Positions 1 through 11,500 of a DNA stretch of 46,735 nucleotides are shown piece by piece. This DNA comes from a virus. Taxonomy: Duplodnaviria > Caudoviricetes. Position 1 is the first letter of the stretch. Each line of letters begins with the position of its first letter. The translations under genes were made by a program, and so were the position numbers. Below the pieces are notes generated by a model that saw nothing but the letters and a program-made list of their open reading frames with translations, had not been told where the DNA came from and made no database searches. The DNA lies in IMG/VR virus record IMGVR_UViG_3300025653_003050, positions 1-46,735 of that record, one strand, 5' to 3'.

Positions 1-2400
1 TTATCTAGTAAATCTGCATTTAGATTAGAAACAAGTGTTGTTGAAGTTACTGTTAGAGGAGCAGTGCCATCAGCAACAGTCAACTCTACTGTAGTAAAAC
101 TTGGATCATCTGTAAAGGTGATATTTACTAGGTTGGAATTATTTGGGTCTAATGTGGCAATAAGTCTATCACCAAAATTGATTGTTGTTACAGATCCTAA
201 TAAAGTAGTATCTTCTTGAATATCAACACCAGTAATAGCTCCAATATCTCCCGCAGTAATAGTTTTCCAAATAGGAACTCCAGAAGAATTAACTGTCAAT
301 ACTTGATTTTCAGCTCCTACAGCAAGTGCTGATAAAGTATCTGTGGCAGAAGCGTATAGAATATCTCCAGTAGTATATGTGCTGAGTCCAGTACCACCTT
401 TGGTTTCTACGAGAAAATTAGTGGCATTATCTAGATCAAGATAATAAGTTCCCTGTTGCCCATCTAATAGATCGGCATTTAGATTAGAAACAAGTGTTGT
501 TGAAGTTACTGTTAGAGGAGCAGTGCCATCAGCAACAGTCAACTCTACTGTAGTAAAACTTGGATCATCTGTAAATGTGATATTTGCTAGGCTGGAATTA
601 TTTGGGTCTAATGTCGCAATAATCCTATCTCCAAAATTGATTGTTGTTACAGATCCTAGTAAAGTAGTATCTTCTCGAACATCAATACCAGCAATAGCTC
701 CAATATCTCCAGCATTAATACTTTTCCATACAGGAACACCAGATTCTACAGTAAGAACATTTCCTGAATTTCCAATCGCTAAAGATGATAATGTATCTGA
801 AGCAGAAGAATAGATAATATCTCCAGTAGTATATGTGCTGAGTCCAGTACCACCTTTAGTTTCATCTAGTGTATTAGTGGCATTATCTAGATCAAGATAA
901 TAAGTTCCCTGTTGATTATCTAGTAAATCTGCATTTAGATTTGATACTAGAGTAGTTGAAGTTACTGTTAGAGGAGCAGTGCCATCAGCAACATTCAGTT
1001 GTATAGTATTGAAAGTTGGATCATCGGTAAATGTGATATTTGCTATTGTAGAATCTACAGAATCTAATGTGGCAATAAGTCTATCACCAAAATTGATTGT
1101 TGTTACAGATCCTAATAAAGTAGTATCTTCTTGAATATCAATACCAGCAATAGCTCCAATATCTCCAGCATTAATACTTTTCCATAAAGGAACTCCACTT
1201 TCTACTGTAAGAATTGTACTATTACCACCAATCGGAAGTGCCGATAGAGTGTCTGCAGCGGAAGCGTATAGAATATCTCCAGTAGTATATGTGCTGAGTC
1301 CAGTACCACCTTTAGTTTCATCTAGTGTATTAGTGGCATTACCTAGATCAAGATAATAAGTTCCTTCTTCCCCATCTAATAGATCGGCATTTAGATTAGA
1401 AACGAGTGTTGTTGAAGTTACTGTTAGAGGAGCAGTGCCATCAGCAACAGTCAGTTCTATAGTATTGAAACTTGGATCATCAGTTAGAGTAATTGTTGCA
1501 GTTGAACTTCCAGCATCAGCAGCAGTAAGGTTACTACTAATAAAATTGATATTTTCAAAATCACCTAAAGATGTTCCATCCTCTAAAATATTGACGGTAT
1601 TACTTGCTAAGGCAGATGTATTTACAGTGATATTTGCGATCGTGGAATCTGCTGGATCTATCTCCGCAACAATTCCTGTTCCAAAATTGATTGTTGTTAC
1701 AGATCCTAGTAAAGTAGTATCTTCTCGAACATCAATACCAGCAATAGCTCCAATATCTCCAGCATTAATACTTTTCCAAAAAGGAACTCCACTTTCTACT
1801 GTAAGAATTGTACTATTACCACCAATCGGAAGTGCTGTTAAAGTATCTGTGGCAGAAGCGTATAGAATATCTCCAGTAGTATATGTGCTGAGTCCAGTAC
1901 CACCTTTAGTTTCATCTAGTGTATTAGTAGCATTACCTAGATCAAGATAATAAGTTCCCTGTTGCCCATCTAATAAATCAGCATTTAGATTAGAAACGAG
2001 TGTTGTTGAAGTTACTTCCAATGGTGCTGTTCCTACAGCAACTGAAGAAGCAAGAATAGGAGAACTTAATTTTCCAGAAACTGGAGTATAAGTAAATTGA
2101 TTTAGATCTTCGTCAATGTAAATTCCTTGATTCCCTCCAATAGAATCTGTGAATGCTACCTTATATGAAGTATTATCATTTATTTTTGTTACATTAATAT
2201 AACTGGAATTAGTAGCAGTAAGTGCATTTCCACTGATATCAATATCGTATTCTCCAGTCAATCTGGCAACTGGTACTGTTCCCGTAGATAAATTGCTGGC
2301 ATTTGTATAATAAGATCCATGCTGACCATCTAGAAAATCAGCATTTAGATTTGATACTAGAGTAGTTGAAGTTACTGTTAGAGGAGCAGTGCCATCGGAA
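1..2400. repeat. Intragenic tandem repeat, period 456-459 bp, plus longer and partial copies
   Basis: GCAGTGCCATCAGCAACA recurs at 61, 520, 976 and 1432 (steps 459, 456, 456). The flanking GCATTTAGAT block recurs again at 1981 and 2341. Confidence 0.95.
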
Positions 2401-2528
2401 ATAGTAGATGTAAAACTTCCACTACTTTTTATATTACCAATAACTTCCAATACATTAGTATTATCTGTATACCCAGAAACACCAATATTGAGATTTTTTA
2501 CTCTAGAAGAAAGAAATGATGTCACCAT
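1..2528 (-). CDS. Tail fibre protein with tandem ~152-aa repeats, 3'-partial (runs off left edge; absent from ORF track)
   Basis: ATG at 2528 (MVTSFLSSRVKNLNIG...). The same frame reads NADLLD at the window edge. Recurrent GTAPLTVTSTTLVSNLNADLLDG and KGGTG motifs typical of phage fibres. Confidence 0.8.
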   Translation of the reverse strand, partial: MVTSFLSSRVKNLNIGVSGYTDNTNVLEVIGNIKSSGSFTSTISDGTAPLTVTSTTLVSNLNADFLDGQHGSYYTNASNLSTGTVPVARLTGEYDIDISGNALTATNSSYINVTKINDNTSYKVAFTDSIGGNQGIYIDEDLNQFTYTPVSGKLSSPILASSVAVGTAPLEVTSTTLVSNLNADLLDGQQGTYYLDLGNATNTLDETKGGTGLSTYTTGDILYASATDTLTALPIGGNSTILTVESGVPFWKSINAGDIGAIAGIDVREDTTLLGSVTTINFGTGIVAEIDPADSTIANITVNTSALASNTVNILEDGTSLGDFENINFISSNLTAADAGSSTATITLTDDPSFNTIELTVADGTAPLTVTSTTLVSNLNADLLDGEEGTYYLDLGNATNTLDETKGGTGLSTYTTGDILYASAADTLSALPIGGNSTILTVESGVPLWKSINAGDIGAIAGIDIQEDTTLLGSVTTINFGDRLIATLDSVDSTIANITFTDDPTFNTIQLNVADGTAPLTVTSTTLVSNLNADLLDNQQGTYYLDLDNATNTLDETKGGTGLSTYTTGDIIYSSASDTLSSLAIGNSGNVLTVESGVPVWKSINAGDIGAIAGIDVREDTTLLGSVTTINFGDRIIATLDPNNSSLANITFTDDPSFTTVELTVADGTAPLTVTSTTLVSNLNADLLDGQQGTYYLDLDNATNFLVETKGGTGLSTYTTGDILYASATDTLSALAVGAENQVLTVNSSGVPIWKTITAGDIGAITGVDIQEDTTLLGSVTTINFGDRLIATLDPNNSNLVNITFTDDPSFTTVELTVADGTAPLTVTSTTLVSNLNADLLD

Positions 2529-2547
2529 TTTTGTTACTTACTTGAAA

Positions 2548-2877
2548 TTAGTTTAGTGTTTCTAAGATGGAAGAAATAAATTTTAAATTGGTATCATCAC
2601 TGCCATAAAGAATCATCTGATCTCCTGATTCTAAAAACAATTTACCTGCAATTAGATTCAGAGCATCATTTCCTTGAATAGGAAAATCTTTAGCAATTTC
2701 TGTTTCAATATTACCTCTTTTATGTATCAACGTTACGTCATAAGATGTAGAACTAATATTTGTGACTTGTCCCAAAAGCACAACTCCAGTATATCCAACA
2801 GGAGCAGTATAAACTGCAGTTGGTGTCGTGGAAACAACTTTTGTAATAGTTTTGTAATTGTTTAGTTTTAATGCCAT
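2548..2877 (-). CDS. Small fibre-associated hypothetical protein
   Basis: 109-aa ORF (VYTAPVGYTGVVL) tightly packed between two fibre-like genes. Confidence 0.7.
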   Translation of the reverse strand: MALKLNNYKTITKVVSTTPTAVYTAPVGYTGVVLLGQVTNISSTSYDVTLIHKRGNIETEIAKDFPIQGNDALNLIAGKLFLESGDQMILYGSDDTNLKFISSILETLN

Positions 2878-2881
2878 TTTA

Positions 2882-5311
2882 TTATCCTCCTAATGCTAGA
2901 ATAAATGGGGTCACTGCGGAAAATAAGCTTCTACCATACGATTCACCAGAAATATTTCCGGTGGACTGATCGATAATAACTCCATCACCAATTTTGAAAT
3001 TTCCAGATTCATTTGTACTAGTATATACAACTAGTCCACCATTTCTACTAATTGTCTCAGTTTCTGGTGTTGGTATACCACCCGTTTGTGGTAGTGCTGT
3101 ATTGATATCTACACCAGATCCAATATATTGAAATGAGTGTGAAGATGCAAGCAATCTACTTTGCTTGAAGAAATATGCCACTGTATTTAGTGGTAATGAA
3201 ATTGGAGTTTCGTTTGCAAATGTGACATCGTATACATCATTTCCAGATCCAACTTCTCTGGCAGATTCAACAACAAAGTATGATGGTGTCAACTCCGCAG
3301 TTGCAGTTGCAGTAACTCCTGCAACTGGTGGATCAATTGTTACTGATGGTGGTGTAGCGCCATATCCTCTACCAGTTGAAACAACATCAATAGACGTTAT
3401 AACACCAGTATTTGATACTTGTGGGATTCCAGATGCATCAATTCCCCATGTTTCAGGAGATGCTCCTATGGTTACTGATGGTGGATTTGCTGGATCATAA
3501 CCACTGCCACCATTTGTGATATTAATTCTAATTACTTCATAGTAGAGAGTATCAAAATAAACAACCTGTCCAGCAAATGGTCTAATAATATCTAAGGTTG
3601 CATAACCACTGGCAAGAGAAATTCCAACATTAACTGAAAAAGTGTCTGCATCAATAGTTGTTACTGGCAAACTAACTCCATCTGCAGGATCTCCAGCTCT
3701 TGGATATGAGAATGTATCTGTGTAATTGTCAGAACTACATGTGAAATCTAAAGATTCAGTTGCTAATAAAACCTCATCATTAGTTTGTAAACCATGTCCA
3801 GTGATTGTAAATACCGCTACTCCAGTAGCACCATCATAAGTTACATTTGTTGGAGTGTATGTAGTTCCTACTGTGGGAGTTCCATCTGCACTAACAGTAA
3901 CTTCAACAGAGTTTGGATCTGAGGCTTGGAAAATATGATTTGCTGGTAGATAAGTATGTGTTAGATTATTTGTTCCTACAGTACAAGTAAACTGAGTTGT
4001 TGATGGAACATCAGTAATCTTAAACGTATATCCATAATTTCCAGATGGGAACAGTTGTGTGATTGGACCATATCCACCAACGTTAACCGTAATAGTGTTT
4101 GTAGTGACAGCATCAACAGTGATATCTATTCCTGCATATGGATCAGTTGCTGCAGGACGTGTCTCTTCAGTTTGATTGTTATCTTGATCGCAAGTAAATG
4201 TAAATGAATCAGTTACTAATTGAATTGTGTCACCAGCAGATAATCCATGATTGGCAATCGTTATAATGAAAACACCTGTAGTCGAATCGTAATCTGCTGC
4301 AGTAACAGGTCCAATTACAGTAGAACCACCGCCAGTTGTATTTCTAACAGCATCTTTAGTGGCACTAATAAATGTATGATTACCAGAATCACATGACATC
4401 AAAACATTTTCAAGTTTTACGTCATTGCCAACTGAGAATCCATGTGGATCTGCTGTTGTAATAGTAGCCGTTCCAGCACTGTTGTTATACTGAACATCAT
4501 TAATAATTTGTTTAGTTGTAGAAATATCAACTCTAATAGTAGTATCCCCCTCAGATGCCGTTTGAGAAACTTGTCCAGTATATTTCAAAGGACTTACATT
4601 ATCGGCAATAAGACCAGATAGACCAAACGAAGAGTTTGAGTTTGTGAGATCACAACCACCACCATTTTCGCAAATAATCGCAGTATCGGTACAGATAGTA
4701 AACATAGAAACCAACTGAGCATATGCTTCGTTGGAAATTACTGCACCAAATCCGTTTGGATTGAACTGTGTAAATGAGTCCAAAACCATAGACTTGATAT
4801 TACCAATAGCATTATCTCCATCAATTCGTAGACCTGTGCTATCTGGAATGAAATTAGTACAGTTTTGAATATATGGTGACTGATTAATATATGGAGGATC
4901 GTTAGGATTAAATGATACAATAGCACCAGTATTTGCTGGTCCAACAAATGACATATCAGAAATGTAGCATCCATTATTTACATAAAACAAATCACCAGTG
5001 TTTGCTGGGGTAACAGAAACTTCTCTCAAAGAACTTCCAACAATAGAAACTTGCGGTGGTATTATTAGAGGATTATCCTCTACATAAGTTCCAGAAGCAA
5101 CTCTAATAACAGTTCCTGTGGTTGCTACTTCTAAAGCTGCTTTTATTGTCAACTTTGCATTTAATAAATTTGCTCCAGTATTAGAGTCGTCTCCACTTTT
5201 AGAGACGAAGAGAACATTGGTAGTTTTTCTATCAACTTTTTCTGAGAGTTGATTAATCTTTTGCCTTTGAATTTCAAAGGTATCGGTTCTAGAGACATTA
5301 ATTGTTGGCAT
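2882..5311 (-). CDS. Virion structural/fibre protein with pectin-lyase-like region and repeated beta domains
   Basis: 809 aa; N-terminus TDTFEIQRQKIN, VSKSGDDSNTG..AKLTIKAAL..GTYVEDNP motif, NGGSGY repeat, duplicated HG..FTC..DP domains. Confidence 0.7.
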   Translation of the reverse strand: MPTINVSRTDTFEIQRQKINQLSEKVDRKTTNVLFVSKSGDDSNTGANLLNAKLTIKAALEVATTGTVIRVASGTYVEDNPLIIPPQVSIVGSSLREVSVTPANTGDLFYVNNGCYISDMSFVGPANTGAIVSFNPNDPPYINQSPYIQNCTNFIPDSTGLRIDGDNAIGNIKSMVLDSFTQFNPNGFGAVISNEAYAQLVSMFTICTDTAIICENGGGCDLTNSNSSFGLSGLIADNVSPLKYTGQVSQTASEGDTTIRVDISTTKQIINDVQYNNSAGTATITTADPHGFSVGNDVKLENVLMSCDSGNHTFISATKDAVRNTTGGGSTVIGPVTAADYDSTTGVFIITIANHGLSAGDTIQLVTDSFTFTCDQDNNQTEETRPAATDPYAGIDITVDAVTTNTITVNVGGYGPITQLFPSGNYGYTFKITDVPSTTQFTCTVGTNNLTHTYLPANHIFQASDPNSVEVTVSADGTPTVGTTYTPTNVTYDGATGVAVFTITGHGLQTNDEVLLATESLDFTCSSDNYTDTFSYPRAGDPADGVSLPVTTIDADTFSVNVGISLASGYATLDIIRPFAGQVVYFDTLYYEVIRINITNGGSGYDPANPPSVTIGASPETWGIDASGIPQVSNTGVITSIDVVSTGRGYGATPPSVTIDPPVAGVTATATAELTPSYFVVESAREVGSGNDVYDVTFANETPISLPLNTVAYFFKQSRLLASSHSFQYIGSGVDINTALPQTGGIPTPETETISRNGGLVVYTSTNESGNFKIGDGVIIDQSTGNISGESYGRSLFSAVTPFILALGG

Positions 5312-5516
5312 TTTTGATTAACTCTCGCAGTAAAGCTTTTATTTCAGATATTTCATTCTTCAAGTTATTTATGTCGTCAACTACAGTTTCGATACGATGC
5401 ATTTTGCGACGAGCTTCTACATGCTTGAGAAACTCGCCTTTATTAGCATTGACAATAGCGCCAGTTTTAGGATCACGAAGTAATGAATCGTGATCCTTTA
5501 CCTTGATATAATCCAT
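5298..5516 (-). CDS. Conserved small phage protein with C-terminal coiled coil
   Basis: 72 aa, KVKDHDSLLRDPKTGAIVN; overlaps both neighbours. Confidence 0.75.
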   Translation of the reverse strand: MDYIKVKDHDSLLRDPKTGAIVNANKGEFLKHVEARRKMHRIETVVDDINNLKNEISEIKALLRELIKNANN

Positions 5517-8500
5517 TAGTATGAAGCAACTGCTCTCATGTCTTGAATCTTGGGAACATATGCAGGATTATCTGATTTCATGACAATCTTGATTCCAAAC
5601 GACGAGAATTCTGGAAGATCGGAAACGCTATACTCCAATTCTTGATATGAACTTTGCTTTTCTGTAATACTTGAAATAGTATTTTCAGACGATGCAATCA
5701 CATCAAAATCTGGTAGTCCAGTTTCATTGAAGTACTGGTATTCGATCACATCAAAAGATTCTTGACTTGAAGATTCTTTGTAACGGTATAGAACTTGAAT
5801 ATCAGAAATATCTTTTACATTAGCAGTTAGCTTGACGTTGATTGATGTACCAGGATTTCCAATTGAAATTTCTTTTGTTACATACTTAGCAACAGAAGAA
5901 CTATTGGAGAATCTATTTTCTGGCGAGTAATCAACTCCATCGGTATAAGAAACTTCTTTGATTTCCCAATACGCCGAGTCATCATCTTCTTGACCAGTAT
6001 ATGCAATCAGATCTCCCACTCTAAAGATATCTTCAACACCTTCTCCACTTCTAGCAACACTTGGTTCAACAATAGAAGCTTCTACCAATGTTTGATCATA
6101 TGTGGTAGTTCCAAATGGTTTCTTATCATTTTTGATAGTGATAGTTTGATTTTTGATATCAAAGAATGTTACTTTTCCTTCAATCTTTGCTGTAAAAATA
6201 TCAGTAAAGTCTACATTTCTAGCAGTCACTGTAGCACCAGTAACTGGAATTACTGGGCCACCAGTTCCACCAAATTCTACTTTTACTGGATCTGAATTTA
6301 CTGTTGGATTTCCAGTGATACCAGAGATAGAAAGAGAATCATTTTTGGAGAAAGGATTTACAGTAGAAATTCTTACAAAAACAATTACATTACCATTCTC
6401 TTCAATTACCCTAGCGATAGTTCCTTTCGCTCCCGATCCAGAGGAACCAGCAATAGTTGAACCAACAGATTCAATACTGATCTCTTGATTTGATTGTATT
6501 GTCTGACTGTTTAGATTTGCTAAGGTAAATGAGTAAACTTCTTTTAGTTTTACAATCTGATCTCTTCTTCCATATCTATCTTCCTTGCCAGTTGCTTTTT
6601 CAATTCTATTTGTCGATGTAATCACCGAAGCAGAAGACAAATCAATAGCAGGAGATAGATATGAAACATCAGATCTAAAATCAATCTTATACTCTAATGA
6701 ACGTTGAACATTGTTCAGAACCTGATTGATTCTAGAAGCAATAATTTTCTGATTTGTAAAATATTGAATTTCATTCAGGAACGTTTTTTCGTAAGTTGTA
6801 GTGGAATATGAAGTATAATTTTGTGTATTAGAATCTACTGGAATGATATTGGTAGTTTTTACAGAGGATGTAATTGAAGTATTGCTGAATGAAAGATAAT
6901 TCACTTGTGGGAATAGTCTCTCATACTTTCTATTATAGGAAGCTAGAACTACTCCGCCCCCACCTTTTACACTGCTAGCAGCAGTAGTTTCATTCGTAAT
7001 ATTGTAACTATCAATTCCAGCGTTAGTAACTTTGAATAGTTTAGTGTTTAGTTGAGTACTTGAGACTCCGCCAACACCATCAGCACCACTGAAGAATACA
7101 TAAGACTTTCCTCCATCCTCAAAACCATGATTCTTATGATATACCTTGATAATCTTGTTATTCAATTTGAACAAAGGTGAAGTTGCGTTTTGATCAGAAA
7201 CACCACTAGTTTCAAAGGGATTTAGATTGAGATACTCATAACCAAGATTTTCATTGGTCAGTTTTAGAACAGCTCCTCTACTAATATCAAACTCAGCTCT
7301 ATTGAGTTTGAACTTTAAGTCTTCAAATAAATCTTCTGTCCAGTTATCAGTATTCTGTGCTTTGTAAACAGAACCAAGAAGTGGTTGTGTAGTAACAGGT
7401 GAACTTGTAACAATCTCTGTTTCGCCAAGTCTTGATGCCCACAGTAAATATTCTGTAGAATCTGTCTCAACGACTAGAGCATACTTCGTTCCATTCTGTA
7501 AGTATACTGGATTCTTGAACTTGAACTTAGTTGGAATTGTAGAGTTCGTCACTCCCGCCGTATCGACTGCTACACCCATCCTAACGGCGGGTGTATCGAT
7601 CGTAATCTTAGCAGTGATTACTGCACCACCATTTCCAGTTCCAACGCCCTTCACGACGATTGCAGGGGGTGCTGTGTAACCAGAACCACCTAGGGATACG
7701 GTAGCATTATAAATTTTGCCTTCGGAAATTTTTACTGCGCCACTTGCTTGACTTCCTCCAGGAAGTTGAGGACTTTCAAAAGTTAGGAAAGCGGAATCGT
7801 AATTAGCACCAGTACCACTAACAATCAAATCGGTGACTCTTCCAGAATTCTTTGTAATAGTCAATCCTAGATTTGTATTGTTCTTATTATTGAACTCTGT
7901 GATAGAATCAATAATCAATGGTTCATTTTGAATAAACTCTCTTCCATTGTGATTTGAAAGAACGAGTGTATAAACTTGATCACTGGAAACAATAACTTTA
8001 CCATCAGCAGATGCTGTTACCTCAATATTAGTGGAATCAAGTACTTTCAAAAGAGGTCCACTACATGCAGACTGAGAACCAACAATATTCTCTCCAATTG
8101 TTAGAGTTGTAGTTCCATTTGCATATGCGCGAATCAAAGTGTTTGGTGATAAAGTTGATTCTGCTCCTGGAAGAATATGCTTTGCTGGCTTATCAATTTC
8201 CGTATTAGTCAAATATACTCTTACTGGAATATTTGTGCTCTTCTTATTGAAGTATAACTCAACGCTAGTAACAAACAATCCACCCTCAAATGACTCAATG
8301 CTGAAAGTTTGTGCCAATGGGTTTGGTTTGATTTCTACATCTGTTACACTATCAACCTTTTGAACACCTTCATTTGCCTTGAAGTATGCTGGGGATGTTG
8401 CATTGATTGATGGTGGATTTTGAGGTAATTTACCAACTGCATAATACTTCAGATCCGCATATGTATCTACAGTATCTTTTGCCGCATTTTCTTTACTTGA

Positions 8501-11500
8501 AGTAAATCTAATTGTCTTGATACCTGTAGTAATTCTTAGATCTGGTTGTGTGGAATCATAAGAAACCGTGTCAACATCTCCAGTCCAAGTAGCATTTTCT
8601 ACTGGTGGTTTGCCTGCAGGGATAATGATAATGCCACTAGCATTTCCATTCTCATCTGTAGTAATTGGAGAATTAAATCCAATAGATGAGTTTCCAGCAA
8701 TTCCAGTAAATCTGCTATCTGGGCATGTCCATCTAGAGATATCATTTCCATCTAGGAAAGGATATACAGTTGTAAATGGTTTCAATCTTCTTACAGTAAA
8801 CTTGACTGGTGTTGGTCTAGCATAAAACTTCAATGAAGTGGCAACAGTTCCTTTTTGATCGGAATCTGTTGCTAGACCCTTTCCAATCTCATTATTATCT
8901 GGGCTTACATTAGAACTACTTGCAACTGATGCCTTTGTTACTTTCTCAATAGAAGAATCAGTGTTTGTAGTTCCAAAAGAAGCAATGCTTCCAAATGTTC
9001 CCTTTGATCCAACCCAGTTAATAATAAATGAGTTGAAGATACTTGAGAAAGTTTCTGTCGTGTCGTCTTTTGCAATAAAAATTGAATAGAGTCCAGTGTT
9101 GTTATCTACAATGACTGGTTCTACTGTTTGATCATACCAAGGATCAATTTCTGGACTTAGTGCTCCTTCCCCGACATATTGTAAAGCAACAAATGGGTTT
9201 GGATTGATTGTTTTAGTTGCAAAATCATTTCCTAGAACTTGGAGTTCTGAGTATGGAAGAGTTACCATATCTCCAGTTCTAACATATCCATCGACAAATC
9301 TTTGATCAATAGTTGTGTTTACTTCTTCTAGTCTAAAAGAATCTTCCTTATTTGGTGCTCTTAGAACAGATTGCTGTGTGTCAATAGAACATCTGTAATC
9401 AGCAGATGAAACTTCTCCAACTCCATGGGTTTCAAAGTTATCCACTACGAAACCAGTCTTGAATCTATCAAATCCAATCGTGTCTCTAATTTGCATATTC
9501 AGAGCCTGTTGCTCAAGAACACTTAGAGTTGTATAGTATTCTAGACGCTCAATTCTCTTCTCAAGTTTTCCAATATCCTTCATCGTATATCTACGATTAT
9601 CAACTGGAATAATCCTCACATCCTTGCTGCTAGTTGTAAAAGCAGGAATATAGAAATAATAGAGTGGGATTGCGTCGTCAATTAGTTCTGGTTTTGTTGG
9701 GTTTTGTGAAGAATTTCCTTCTTTGAGAACGAACTCACCCTTCTTATTCAAGAATATCCCATCAATTCTGTTTAGGAATTCTGTTTGGGTAAACTTGAAT
9801 GTATACTCTAAGTTTTTATCTGGGGCAGGAATAACAGATGCAACACCACCTTCACCAATAAAGTTTCTAATTACCGCTTCTCTAGAAGATTGATCTTGGA
9901 AACCAGTTACAAAAGAATTATTATCAACCTTTGGTCTGAAATCAAATACATTCTTGAGAGAAACAATACCATAAACAGCAGAGTTGAATGTTGGAATTTC
10001 TTCTAGAGTAACACCTGCTTCATGTAAGTAACTATCAACTGTGCAGAAATCTCCTTGTGAATGCTCGAAGTAATCAAATGCCACTACGAGTTGTCCAACA
10101 GGTGCTTCAAAACCTGGCTTTAGGATGATACGAGAAACATCGTAATAAGTATCTCTTTGACCGTCATCAAAAGTAAATCTTTCTGTTACATCAACACCAG
10201 ATACGAGATTTCCAGCACTATCAATAGTTGGTGGTGAGGAAGAAGTTCCTTCATACACATATCTTAACTTGAATACATCAGAATAAGTAGCAACTGAAGT
10301 CGCTTCTGTATCGAAGTTTTCTCCTCTAAGTGGAACTGTTCTATCTCCAGCAGACTTGATTAGAATTCTTCTGTTTCTTACAACAGTTTTGATTCTTGGT
10401 CTTGCTTTGTTTAGTTCTAGAGTAGCAGATAACTTTAGAGTTGGGAAAGGTTCTGTAGTTGTTCCAAAAAACTCTGCTGGCAAGTTTACCTTGACACTAC
10501 CCGCATTTAGTCCACTCGTTGTATCTGTAGTATTTTCAGCGATAATGTTTGCTTCAGTTAGATAAATTACATCTCCTGTCGATACCTTTGTGGAAGAACC
10601 AGGATTTAGCACACTCATCACAAAATTTTCTGGAGTAAACCTTGCGAATCTTTGAGTTCCAAATGGAAGCTGTGCAGTGAATGTAATGTTACCACCGCTT
10701 GCCGATGCTTCTGTGATAAAATCTTTTCTGTAGTAATATGAGATTTTGGAGTCTTCATTGCTTTGGGAAATTGAAGCAACTTGACTGCCACCAGTTGGAT
10801 ATAGTAAAGAACCCTTAGAAGAACTCTCAATAACAGATCCAACCTTTACAATAGTTCCATTGGTTACATTTTTAGCCAGTGCAGTATCGATATAGATACG
10901 AGATTTTAGAGTTCCTTCTGGTTTTGTTGCATAGGTAATCATTACCTTTTCTGCTACAGAATCATCATCTGTAAACTGAATATAATCTCCTGGTTTTAGA
11001 TAAACAGTTGTGTCACCATTGAATCCATTACATTCAAGGAATCTATATCCAGCAACACCAGTAAATGTGAAGTCAGTGATTGGTGTTAGTTTTGCATATG
11101 GACTCTTAGCAGACTCCAAATCTGCAGTAAAGATATTATTGCCAGATGATCCATAAGCACATCCAAACGATTTTACATCATCTGGATTGAATGTTTGTAC
11201 CGAATTTCTAAACAACACTGCTTCTATTTTGGCGGAAGTTGTAATTGATCCCGAGATTGGAAGATCGACTAATACGGTAGGTGGTTGCGAATATGTTTGA
11301 GTGAATGCATTTCTATTGATGATTTCAATATTGTAAGGAAATCCATCAATATTACTTTTCACGTTTACTTTGGAAGTATCAAATGGAACACCATTGATCG
11401 AAATTCCAGCATCTTGTGGATACCCACCACTTCCTCTGTATTTTACTATAAAGTGTGAAATGGTGTTGTCTGTAGCAATTCTTGCTGAGTTATCATCTTC

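Noticed and set aside
523-1950. Plus-strand ORFs 523-813 and 1435-1950 with repeated sequence
   Set aside because: Antisense shadows of the minus-strand tail fibre repeats
1-2400. Repeats as a DGR template/variable pair or CRISPR array
   Set aside because: They are in-frame coding repeats, differences are not confined to adenines, and no reverse transcriptase or cas gene is in the window
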